Origin: Macrostomum lignano
Lineage: Eukaryota
Direction of reading: 5' to 3'
Assembly (NCBI GenBank): GCA_002269645.1
Contig: NIVC01001512.1
Span: forward strand, 186,001-250,000
DNA: 64,000 bases
In this document: positions 46,990-57,820 of the stretch, in pieces
Numbering within the stretch: position 1 is the stretch's first letter
Layout of the letters: each line of letters opens with the position of its first letter
Notes under the pieces: generated by a model
Databases searched by the model: none
What the model saw: the letters and a program-made list of their open reading frames with translations, nothing else
Told to the model about the DNA's origin: nothing
Made by a program: the position numbers and the translations under genes

Positions 46990-47946
46990 TTAAAATAGTG
47001 AGCGATGATGGTGAATCAAGTCATAAAAAAGAGCGTATGCCAGTCGAGCAAAATTAATATTAGGATCAGAAGGCGGAGAATGTTGAATACGCTTGATGGA
47101 GAAGGTATGAAGAGTGGCGTACTCTGGCAAGGTGTTAGGATAGCCAACAAGAGCATTTCGTATACGGTGAATATCGTATAAATATCGACGAAGGGGAGGA
47201 CAAGAGAAAGGAAAAATAGTATGGGCAACTACCGAGCGAGAATAAAAATCGATAATTATAAAAGCAAAGCTTCTTGAACGCGTTGAGAGAATGAAAACAG
47301 CGTGGGTAAAGAAAAAATTGTGCGGATACAAACGATTGAGCGTGCGTATCATAGCTTTCTTAGTAGCACGAGGAGAAAATGGAGGAAAAATTTGATAAAC
47401 ATAAGGGGCGAGAGAATCGAAGGAGGTTAAATAATTTTGGAGCGTAGAAGTTAACTGTTGCGCCGAAAGATTAGCAGCATCATGGCGGAATTGTTGCCAT
47501 GGGTAGCGTAGAGAGGAAAGCAACAGAGGCCAAGTGTCTTGGTTAAAGCGCATGCATGGTTGAGGGAGAGTAGAAGCAGAGAGTTGAAAGAAATCGTCGA
47601 TAGACATATTAGGAGAGAAAAGAAAATGTATGATTGGTACAAAGCTGCGGTTGAGAACGTCAGTCATAGTGGGAGAAAAGTTCTGTATACGTGGTCGTGA
47701 GTGAGTACGACGCAGCACACCAAATAGACTAATTCGTAGAACGCGGAGCATCTTAGGATAAAAGCGATGGCAGCGGATAACATAAAAACGAGAGAAGAAA
47801 GCGGAGGCCATGCGTAGCCGTTGGGGTTCACCAATAGTTTCAGAATAAAATATTGCTTCAGTGAACCAAGCAACAACGGTTGCGAGGCAAATAAGATCAT
47901 GATTTAACTGTGGTCGAATATCCATCGGTTGCGGAAATGGATCCAT
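46990..47946 (-). CDS. 318-aa accessory ORF, candidate inactive Ulp1/SENP (C48)-like fold
   Basis: ATG MDPFPQ downstream of a strong splice acceptor at 48008. Motif spacing resembles SENP catalytic domains, with the catalytic His and Cys positions substituted. Confidence 0.55.
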   Translation of the reverse strand: MDPFPQPMDIRPQLNHDLICLATVVAWFTEAIFYSETIGEPQRLRMASAFFSRFYVIRCHRFYPKMLRVLRISLFGVLRRTHSRPRIQNFSPTMTDVLNRSFVPIIHFLFSPNMSIDDFFQLSASTLPQPCMRFNQDTWPLLLSSLRYPWQQFRHDAANLSAQQLTSTLQNYLTSFDSLAPYVYQIFPPFSPRATKKAMIRTLNRLYPHNFFFTHAVFILSTRSRSFAFIIIDFYSRSVVAHTIFPFSCPPLRRYLYDIHRIRNALVGYPNTLPEYATLHTFSIKRIQHSPPSDPNINFARLAYALFYDLIHHHRSLF

Positions 47947-48247
47947 AAGAGAAAGGAAAAAGGAGAAAAGCAATAGATACACAAAATATTGTTTTAGCGT
48001 GTGAGCTCTGCAATGTAAAGAGGGAAAAGAGAAAATTTTTTGTAGCTTTTGTTGATAAAACGGAAAATAAAAGTTCATTGTGTCAGTTCGTCAATACTCG
48101 TAGTCACGTAAAGAGTCGCAATGCAGGGAGAGAGAGCAAAAGCTAGAAAAGAAGGAAAGAAAAAAGGAAGAGAAAGAAAGGAAGAGAAAGCAATATTGTC
48201 AGTCAAGGAAAAGAAAGGAGAAAAGAAATTTAGAAGATTTTTATCAT

Positions 48248-50310
48248 TCACGACTTCTTGTTCTTCGATCTTAGGTTGTAGCCGTGCGTCTGTGGCTGAC
48301 CTGGTGGCTCATCAGTGGACGTGGTTTGCAGCGCGATGGACTTGCTCAATTGCGGCCGATGGTTGTGGTGGACCTGAATGTCATCAGTTGTGAACTCAGG
48401 TAGGTGACTAGGTCCAGCGCTGAGTCCATCTCCAGGCCATGGTTTCAGCTTGGAGGCATGTACCACGATTGGTCGTTCGCTTGGCCGGTTGACATCAGAA
48501 ATCAGTGCGTTCTGATCGGAGAGCCATGCTAGTAGACGCATTGGGCCACGATAAGGATTGGAGAATTTTGTCTCCTTCGTTGCTGAGACATCCAAATAGC
48601 ATCGTGCACCGGGCGTATGTAGCGGCTGTTGGTCTTCTTATCAGAGTTTTCAGCGCGCTGTTCAGCTGAGTTGTGCAGAAGTTCCTTGGCGACTTCTCTG
48701 GCAAGCAGAATAGCTGAACAGGTCAAATTGACTGGTTTAATAACGTCCATGTATGCAGTTGTCTGGTGTTCCATGATCCGTGCGTTGGGTGGCAGAAAGT
48801 CTCGAGCGAAGAACAAGTAGAATGGTGATTCGTTCATCGTTGAGTGAGTGGCGGTATTGATTGCTAGTGTCACCGCGGGTAGGAAGTCAATCCAGAGATC
48901 TGGTTTGTCATGGACAAAGGCCGTAAGAGTTTGCTTCAGTGTCTTGTGTGCGCGTTCGACGAAGTTGCTGGATGGTTGGTACACCGAGGTGTAGATCAGG
49001 TGTATTCCAAGGGCACCCATAAACTCTCGAAATTCTTGCGAGATGAATTGGGGTCCGTTATCTGAGATGATGTGTGCTGGTAGTCCTGCGAAGGCGAACA
49101 CGCGGTTGAAGAGACTGTTGCAGATGGTTGCAGAAGTTGTCTCAGTTAGCGGGATTGTGAACAGGAATTTGCTAACGCCGCATTGGGCTGTGAGTATGTA
49201 CTTGTAGACGTCGCGGCCGTGTGAAGCTGGTGGCAGTGGACCTACAAGGTCGATAGCCAAATGAGAGAAAACCTCGTTGAATTTGACGGCTTTGTGCAGC
49301 GGTCGCAGTCGAGGTGCTGTTTTCGCTTTGTGGCAGATTTCGCAGTTGTTAATGAAATTGAAGACGTCTTGCCGTAGTGTAGGCCAGTAGTAGAAATGAC
49401 TGATTTTGTCTGCTGTCTTTTGGTGACCTAGATGACCACCAAGGGCTGTCGAGTGGTTACTTGTCAAAAGAGCTTCACGGTAGCGTGTTGGTATCACGAG
49501 GCGGCTTCGTCCTTCGTCATCTTCAAAGTATAGAGTGTTTCCGTCCAGGAAATAACGTGCCAGGTGTCGGCGAACATATTGTTGGTCTTTCTTGGACAGC
49601 TCGTGAGTGGGTGATTTTTCCGATAGAAGTGCTTTGATTGTTGACAGTAATGGGTCTTGATCAATGGCATCCTGCAGTCCGTTGAATGTTGACAGCGATT
49701 GTATCTGACAGACTTTGGGGATGCGTGAAAGGCAGTCCGCTACTACATTTGATTTGCCTTTCACATAGTTGAGAGTGAAGTTGTAATCTTGTAGCGCTAG
49801 AATCCACTTCTGAAGTCGTTTTGAAATTGGCTGCTTGTCACTGAATAGACTCTTGAGTGGCTGGTGATCAGTGAAGACGTGGAACTGTTGATAAGAAGCG
49901 TAGAGGAACACGTGTAGCTTCTTTATTGCCCAATAGATGGCGTATGCTTCGCGTTCGATCGGTGGATAGCGTTGTTCAATTGAGCTTAACGTCTTAGAGA
50001 TGTAGGCAACCGGGCGTTGGTGGTTGCTGTCGTCTAGCTGTGAGAGTACTGCTCCAATGGCGGTATCCGAGGCATTAGTGTGAAGGAAGTACGGTTTTCG
50101 CGGATTTGGATGAACCAGTAGTATATCCGTAGAGAGAAGTTGTTTCAGCTTTTCAAAGGCTGTTTGCGCAGCGTTTGTCCAGACGAATTTGTTGGGTTTT
50201 GAAGTGTTTTTGATAATACTCAGAAGTGGTTGTACTACTCGTGAGTAGCCAGCAATGTGCGTTCGGTAGAAATTTGCAAGTCCAAGGAAAGATTGTAGTT
50301 GTTTTAACCG
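48248..50310 (-). CDS. pol: pol: RNase H, integrase (HHCC, DDE), GPY/F region
   Basis: LQSFLGLANFYR, LHTNASDTAIGAVLSQ, FTDHQPL, H..H..CEIC, IDLVGPLP, ISDNGPQF, VERAHKTLK, NPYRGP..VHASKLKP, HGYNLRS; one frameshift near 48620. Confidence 0.95.
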
Positions 50311-51100
50311 TTTGAGGCACAGGGAAGGTCTTGATTTTCTCGATGAGGCTGGGTGCGGGTCTAATGCCTTGAGCAGAAACCACAAATCCAAGATATTGTA
50401 CCTCTGTTTTAGCAAAGATGCATTTTCGTAGTGAAATTCGCAATCCATGATGTCGTAACTTTTGGAAGAAGCGTTCGATTTCTTTGAGCATGCCGGTGAA
50501 GTCTTCGGCGATGAGCATGACGTCATCCAAGTAGGCAATCTGATTTGGAGAGTCAGCTGTTAACAATGCTACAAGACGGCACATTAAGCTAGGACTGGAC
50601 TTGAGTCCTTGTGGTAGTCGATTGAATTCCCAAAGTAGGCCGTTGGGTGCAATGAACGCAGTGTATTTTGTGCTTTCTGGATCGATCCGAACTTGGTAGA
50701 AAGCATCTGCTAGGTCACAGAGTGTGTACAGTTTAGCGTTCTTCAATCGATGTAGCAAATCCGGAATCTTCGGAGGTCGGATGCTAGGAGCACGAATTAG
50801 CTTGTTCAGTTTTCGGTAATCCGTCACGAGTCTTAGTTGTCGGCGACCTTGAGCGTCGAGCGTCTTCTTTTCCACGAGAAGACATGGACTCGAGTATTCA
50901 GATTCACTCGGACTGATGATTCCCTTTTGACGGAAGTTTTCGATAAGTTCGTCAAACCGTTCTTGTAGTCCATGAGCGATTGGATAGGGTCTGGACGTGA
51001 CTGGCTCAGAGTGTGGGTGTAGATGCAGGTGAGCCGTGTATTGGGTAGAGCAACCCATGTCGGTTGGCAGTAGTGCCAAGACGTCGCGGTACTTGTTCAT
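50311..51100 (-). CDS. pol: pol: reverse transcriptase
   Basis: PYPIA, YSSPCLLVEKK, RLVTDYRKLN, DLADAFYQV, LPQGLKSSP, YLDD, KCIF..YLG. Confidence 0.97.
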
Positions 51101-51960
51101 TAGAGTACTAATTGTTCACTCTGCTCGGTTGAGAGGTGCTGGTTGGCTTGCTTGAGTTGAGTACGGATCATGTCAGTCGTTGGTGTTTCTTGCTGCAGCG
51201 TGCGTAGATTGTTGATTTGAGCTGCTGGTCGTACGATGTTGTAGTCAGACATGTTAGCCAGATTTCCAATGACTTGTTGAGGATGCAAGGTTTGCGTTGT
51301 CAGCGACGGGTTGGCAATTTCCACAGTGATAGTTTGTCCGTCCGGGTTGACAGAAACAAGGCAAGTTGGTATCATCAACTGGTGTTTCTGGATCGTGTGG
51401 TCCTTAGGGACGAACAGGACAGGAATCGTTGGCTCATGTCGAGAAGAGAGTTTCAGCGTGACTTGGTGCGTTGTCTGTGGTGGTAACTCTAGCTTGTTTT
51501 GCATCACCGCAGAGGTTTCTTGCAACTGTTGGATGGAGTTGAGCATCGCAAATTGCTCATTGCCAAGCTTAGCTGTCGCTTTCGAGTAGTCGAATTGTAG
51601 TGGTATTCCCAGTGACTTAAAGGTTTCTACTCCTAAGAGTAAATCATAGTCAGCGTCGGGGGTGTCGAGCACAAAGGCCGATATCTTGTGGTTGCGTCCA
51701 TCGATTTCGAGATCAAAAGTGGCCTTTTTGTTGAGGTTTAGTTGTTGTCCTCCCGCACAAATGGCGTTCATGTTGGTGTCTTGTAGTGGTACTCGAAGCT
51801 TCTTGGCGAATGCCGGTGAGATGCAGGAGATCGAGGCGCCGCTGTCAATGAGGGCGGTGCATCTGTGTCGAGTATGCGGTGCGTTGCGGCACCACAGGTT
51901 GATCATAGTTGCTGTTGTTAGATGCTTCAAAACAAAGGCGTATGAGTAGTTTGCTGGCCA
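51100..51960 (-). CDS. Aspartic protease and linker
   Basis: ALIDSGASISCIS (Asp at 51844-51846) and DLLLGVE. Confidence 0.93.
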   Translation of the reverse strand, partial: WPANYSYAFVLKHLTTATMINLWCRNAPHTRHRCTALIDSGASISCISPAFAKKLRVPLQDTNMNAICAGGQQLNLNKKATFDLEIDGRNHKISAFVLDTPDADYDLLLGVETFKSLGIPLQFDYSKATAKLGNEQFAMLNSIQQLQETSAVMQNKLELPPQTTHQVTLKLSSRHEPTIPVLFVPKDHTIQKHQLMIPTCLVSVNPDGQTITVEIANPSLTTQTLHPQQVIGNLANMSDYNIVRPAAQINNLRTLQQETPTTDMIRTQLKQANQHLSTEQSEQLVL

Positions 51961-54810
51961 TTTTGGAACTTTAGGTTCTGGCGGTGGTCTCCGTGGTGGC
52001 GGAAGGGTGGCACGAAGTTCAATCGTTTCGATGGGTGCCGAGGGTGTTGGCGCTTGTCTCGGTGGTATCAGTTGCTGTTGTTGGGAGTAGTCGTTTCGTG
52101 ATTCCACTCGAGTTGGAGTTCGTTGTTGCCGCAGCACTTGTATAGTGTGCGTTCTGCCGTAACGGATGGTGCTGGCAACGCATAGTCGGCCAAGATTGCA
52201 CACGAAGATAATAACGGCAATGTAGACAATAACAGCTGCTGTTAATACGAACTTTTCTTGATAGTTTGCGACTAGTCGATCCCAGTTGAATATCGACGAA
52301 GACCATAGGTTGAGGAGAGCTAGTTTTGAGTCCAGGAATGCACTGTCAGCATGTGCTGTTCTATGTCGTGTTCGATTCGGAAGTTTGAAAACCGTAATCA
52401 GAAAATCACGAGTTTGCATGAACTGGTGCATTAGGTCGGTCACCGTTATCGGACTACGAAGTGAAGTATAATTGATATCTCCCATAGGTTTGGAGATGCT
52501 TTCGGAGACTGAAGTTTGCAAATCGGACAACCGATAGTTTTCATCGGATCTGACATTAGCGGTTGTGGGTTCAAATCTCGAAAAATTTAGTGTGGTCTTG
52601 AATAGCATCGATTGTTTAGGCAGGTAGTAGTATGGGAAGGCGTCGCATGAGATTAGAGCTGGAGTAGCTGTGGAGGCAATACGAGTCGTTGTATCCAAAA
52701 ATCCAAGAACAGTATAATTTTGTAGGCGGAATTCCAGTGGGGGGCGCGTGAAGCATTGGTTCGTCTTGTACTTTGGTTGGACAAAGCGAAATTTGTGTAG
52801 AGGTTTGCACTGGTAGACGAAGAGGTATCCAGCAATGGATCTAGCTCGCAGGAAAGGATCATTTAATAAGAGTCGAGCAGCAAGCGTTGGTTGTGTGTAG
52901 TATAGCTGTCGGTTGTACTTGAGATTAGTTGCGTACATCATGCATTGAGTAGTTGCAGCTGTCTGTACTTGGAGAAGGTCTTTTCGAGCTTTACTAGCAG
53001 CTCCTTGTAGTTGTCCAGCAAGAAGTTCAGCGGATGCGAACGTTGATGAAAGTTGCGCAGTAGAGTTGCCTGAAGGGGCTGCGATGGTTTTGTCATCTGT
53101 GCTTCGCTTGTTGCGTGGTAGTAGTAGGAGATCCGGTTGACCACCTTGTGGTTCGTGATATGGAACTGCTAGATTCGTATGAATAGAAGCCAGTTGTGGA
53201 TCTGTTGTTGTCGCTGGTGAGTTTGTCGTGAAGGTTGAGGTTGCAGACTTTGCTGGTGCACTGGTTGTGCTGCTAGAGGTTGAGGTTGTTGGCGGTAAAG
53301 TGGTGGTGGTACGAGGTTGTGTCGTCACTTTTGTTGTCGTCGTAGTTGGACCTGCTGTTGTTGTTGCTGCTGAGGTTGTAGCAGTTGTGGTTGTTGAAGT
53401 TGTCGGTGTTACGGTTGTGGTAGGTATTGTTGTCGTTGTAGTCGGTGGCATTGTCGTCGTAGCTGGTGGTGTTGTCATTGTAGTCGGTGGTGTTGTCGTT
53501 GTCAAAATTGTAGTTGTTGGTGTTGATTTTGTAGTAGTTAGTATCGTAGTTGTTGGCGTCATTGTTGTAGAAGTGCTTGACGTCGGTGGATGATCAGGTC
53601 GTTCTTGTCGTAAAGGTTGCGGCGGTAGGAATTGTCGTGACTGAGTTGTCGTAGTGAAAGGATGTTGAGTCGTCGATTGCTGAACGGGTAATATTGTTGG
53701 TGGCGTTGGTAGTATCGTTGGTGGTGAACGACGTTTTTGTCTCGAAGAAGTGGTTTCTTCGCTAGTTTGAGGTTTTGGAGTAGCTTCTTCTAATGGGCTT
53801 CGTAAGGTGGCGAGAAATTCTGCTTCTTTGTTGTCGAGGATGTCTACGTATAGACCTTGCGTTGAAAGGTACAACGTCTTACGGACGCCAGTGCAGGTGA
53901 GAGTGTGAGTCGACGGCACTGGGTTGAAGGTTAGTCCCAATGTTTGATCATTAGTTAAGAACAAGCCGGAGTTTAAGTTGCCTTCAAGAGTACGAAATGG
54001 TTTTAAAGGACAATCAGCGAGTGGTGGAGGTGTCCAAATAAGATTTAGATGTCTTGGTCCTTTCACGTCAATTTGGTAGATTGCTTCAGTTTCCAAAGGA
54101 TCCCAGGGGATGTTAGTATCGGCAAAGGTAGGTTGAAAGCTCGCATTTCTTGTGCAGTTGTTTTAATTGTACAAAATTTGTCGGCGAGTTTGCAGTTGTC
54201 ATTGGGAAGGACAAAGATTCCATTTTTTGATCTGCTGTTGAGTAGGCTGGGATTCCGGTGATCACTGTTGTTACTATTTGTTCTGAATGGAACCAGGAGT
54301 GCAACGCACAGCATTTTGCGTGTTGAATGTCGATTGCAGGCGTTGGATAGACTGAGTTGACGCAGTCTTTAACACTAATGATCCATCAGGCGATAGCTTT
54401 GTTCGTGCCCAGTTTTCACAATCAGCTTGAGTGACTGGTTGCGGTTCCAACTCTACCAGGGCGGATGTCCAGGTTCTTATCACCGCCTTATCACATCTGA
54501 TAGTGATTTTCTCGCGGAAACAGACAGTCATAACCAGAGAACTGGTTTCCACGTTCGTTGTGTAAAGTTCCAGTTTCAACGGGAGTGTCGGCGTCGTTTG
54601 GTGTTTGAGCTGTTCACAACGGATCTCATGTGGTATCGTGAAAATTCGTGGGATCTGGTTGTACGGACAGACCATTGGTGTGTCAATGAAGCCCTCGTGA
54701 GATTGTCTCTCGATCGATGGTGGAGTTGACGTCGTTATCGGCGTAGCGTTGGCTAGTGCGAAGAGTGAAGTTGCTAGGCACAGGAGAAAAAGTGCCAGTA
54801 GTGATCGGCG
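51961..54810 (-). CDS. env: Env-like class III (herpes gB-like) fusion glycoprotein embedded between Gag and PR
   Basis: Signal peptide RRSLLALFLLCLATSLFALANA, about 14 Cys, furin sites RQKR and RNKR, gB-like QLQ..C..PTLAARLL..RARSIAGYLFVYQC..CFTRPPLEF, TM FVLTAAVIVYIAVIIFVC; three frameshifts at 54120-54300. Confidence 0.85.
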
Positions 54811-56652
54811 AATTCCAACGGAAGCTTTCACGGTTTTCTCGCGGTTGTTGTTGCTGGTCGGTGGAGTGTAGGTGTCAGTCATTCTTTCAACCGTACAAAG
54901 GCGGATAGAGTTGATAGTCGCAGAAGCAGTAGTCGGTTTTTTGAGTAAGGATTTCAGCTGCTTAGCGTCTCCAGAGTAGCGAATTTCGTTTCCAAAAGTC
55001 GGTGGGCGTTCATCAACTGTAGCAATGTGCATCAGTTGGGCAGACTCGGGAGCGTCGTGAGTCGTCCATCCAATCTGCGGCTGTTGATTCCATCCTGGGT
55101 GGGACGTTTCAGGGTCCTGAGCAGTGATGGCGCGTATCGGTGGATATTGTTGTTGCGCAAATCTCGGAGGTTGTCGTTGATTGTTGGCGCCGTTGTATCG
55201 AGGCGGATAGCGTTGCTGAGGCCGGTTTCCATAGTCTTGACGGGGTGGAAATCGTGATTGTTGTGTCGCCGGTGGACCGTAGCCTTGTGTACGTTGGGCT
55301 CGTAGTCGGCACTGGTTAATAGAGTGTCCTGGTTTTCGGCAATAGTTACAGGTCAATCGTGGCGGTCCCTGCTGGTAACGATTCGCGGGGCATCAGAGCC
55401 GTATTGGCTGTGTTCCTTCGATCGCTTGAGTTAGGTCGGAAGGGACGAGGTTGTTGTCATTCCTTCGACGACAGTCGGCGGCATAGTGTCCAGGTCGACC
55501 GCAATGATAACAAGTGGGCTTCTGTTGCATATTAGCGATAGGTGGCTTGGTTTGTGTTTGCAGGGAGGCAACCACCTGCTGATTGGCTTCCTTCGTCGTT
55601 TTTTCTAAGGTAGTTAGACGCTCTGTGAGAGCTTTCAAGTCAGTGCCATCAGAGTCCATGGTGGAGTCGCGGATTTGTTCGGCGCGGATGGCCTTGTTGA
55701 TTAGCGTACTTTCCGTGGTGATATTTTGCTTCAAGAGTTCTCGTTTGATGTAGGGTAGAGCATTGTTGATAGTCGTAGCCATCAGGGTAGCAAGGAAGTC
55801 TCGGTTGCGCTGGTCGATGACAGCTTGGTTCGCGGGTGGTGTTTCCGGACCGGCACCTTCCGGAAATTCTTCCGGTATTTCCGGCATAGCTGACCTGAGC
55901 TTTCGACGAATATCGGTGAAATAAGACAGGAACGGTTCGCCGTACTGTTGTTTCCGGGTTGTTGCATTATGCAGCGTTAGAGCCGAGCCAATGGTTACTT
56001 CCCGAAGGCGTTGAGACAGTGCCTCAATGGTGGCTGGATAAGAGGCTTGGACTGCGGCAGAGAGGCGACTATATTCGAGTTTAAGAAGGTCATTCAGTAG
56101 TCGCGGGAAGAGCCGAATCTTTGCGTTCTCCGATAGTCCAAAGGAGCGTGTGATCAAGTCGAACTCTTCAGTGAAGGAACGGAAGTCATGCATTTGGTCG
56201 ATTCCTTTCAGGGATTGACGAATTTCAGCAAGAGCAGTAGCTGAGACGGGATGGTTTGATTGCAATTGCAGACTGCGGTTCATAACATCAGTAAGTTCAC
56301 GGACAGCATTTGTCGCTGCAGCATCAACATGGGGAGCGCCGTCCTGATCAGCCATATCTAGAGTAGATTCTTCAGCAATATCGTTTGGGGCTTGTTGAAC
56401 TGTTTCGTCCGCGTCTGTTAGGATGGAACTGGGTGCTGGTGAGTGTGCACGGTTGTGTTCAAAATGATCCGCGAGAGGGTTATTAAACTCAACGTTATCT
56501 GGTATAAACAGGTTAGGTACTGGTGAACTATTTCGTGGGAGCTGTTCACCTATTTGGCGGTCAGAAGTTTCTAAATTTTGTTCAGGGGGTCTGTTAATAT
56601 TTGAGCTTTGAAAAACTGGTCCGGAACGTAAATCTCGGACAGGTGTGGTCAT
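54811..56652 (-). CDS. gag: gag with two CCHC zinc knuckles
   Basis: Capsid-like F..F.EEF..KIRLFP..L..Q..GEP..YF, CYHCGRPGHYAADC and CNYCRKPGHSINQC. The in-frame TGA at 55393 is probably due to three compensating indels. Confidence 0.92.
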
Positions 56653-56869
56653 TAACAAGAATTCAATCAATAATTTCAAGGCAACAATAGCACAAAAGTG
56701 TAACTAATAGCAAAGTAGAGTGTCAAATTCAAAGTGAGCAAACGGCAATGGCTTTCAGGGTTGCGGTTGGCGGACTGGCTGGAGAAGGGAGAAAAAGAGA
56801 GACTGTGTAATTTTTTTTTAACTGTAATCTGCGACGAGCTTTGAAAATCGAAGTAATTTTGAATTGAAC

Positions 56870-57095
56870 TGCCTTTTGATTGGTTCTGAAACTTTGAATT
56901 TTGAAATTTTGAACTCGGAAATCTTGAATTGAACTGCCGTTTGATCGGTTCTGAAACTTTGAATTTTGAAATTTTGAACTCGGAAATTTTGAATTGAACT
57001 GCCGTTTGATCGGTTCTGAAACTTTGAATTTTGAAATTTTGAACTCGGAAATTTTGAATTGAACTGCCGTTTGATCGGTTCTGAAACTTTGAAAC
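56870..57095. repeat. ~61-bp tandem repeat in the element leader
   Basis: ttgaactgccgtttgatcggttctgaaactttgaattttgaaattttgaactcggaaat, about 3.5 copies. Confidence 0.9.
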
Positions 57096-57820
57096 TGAAT
57101 TTGATAAAGGAGCTCCTGAATGTTGGACTAGACGGACATCAGTGGTGGCCAATAAAAATCGAATTTGTATCATTGAAATCGGCAGTTTTCTTTTTCTTGA
57201 AGTCGGCAGTTTATTCTTTTGAAGTCGGCAGTTTTCTTCTGAGAATTTGTTCTGGCTTTTTGAATTTCGAATTTGAATTTTGAACTATCTGACGAGTTTC
57301 AGCTAGGGGGTTGATTTCATAATTTTAAGCAAACGTAGAGTAATGTTTTTGTAGTTTTGTAAATTTGCTATTTTTTAATTTTTGAAAATTTTATAATTTT
57401 TATTGATCGGACTGATCATTTTGTAACTTTAACATGATAAGAGCAGTACGGGTTGTACGAAATGAACTATAAGCAATGGTATTGTTTTTTGTGTTTTCAA
57501 GTTTTATTATTTTTTGCGATCTAATGATCATTTTGAGTTTGTCGCAGGCTACGAAAATACTATGTGAATAGTCTAGCATAGATGAAGCGAAGAAGAGTAA
57601 ATGGAGACGTGCGTTTTTTTGAGGTTTTAAATTTTTTGTATTTTTTTGTCGATCAAATGATCATTTTCAAAGTAGGGTGTACACCATGCAGTTTAAAGTA
57701 ACAGAAAGTGAATTGGAAATGAGACTATGATCAAAAGACAATGAGAGAGTATAGTATATTTACAGGGCCCAAGGGGGGCTGATGCTGAGGCGATAGAAAT
57801 TGCGGCTTATGGGGGGGGAA

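Noticed and set aside
51098-51102. TAATG overlapping stop-start between the protease and RT ORFs (possible termination-reinitiation)
   Set aside because: Adding one A gives the continuous EQLVTLMNKY, and it fits the same pattern as eight other 1-nt indels. An artefact is more parsimonious until reads are checked.
55393-55395. In-frame TGA between the two Gag zinc knuckles as a programmed readthrough site
   Set aside because: There is no typical readthrough context. Three compensating 1-nt deletions nearby give a more natural sequence (PRPFRPNSSDRRNNSQYGSDAPRNRY) with no stop.
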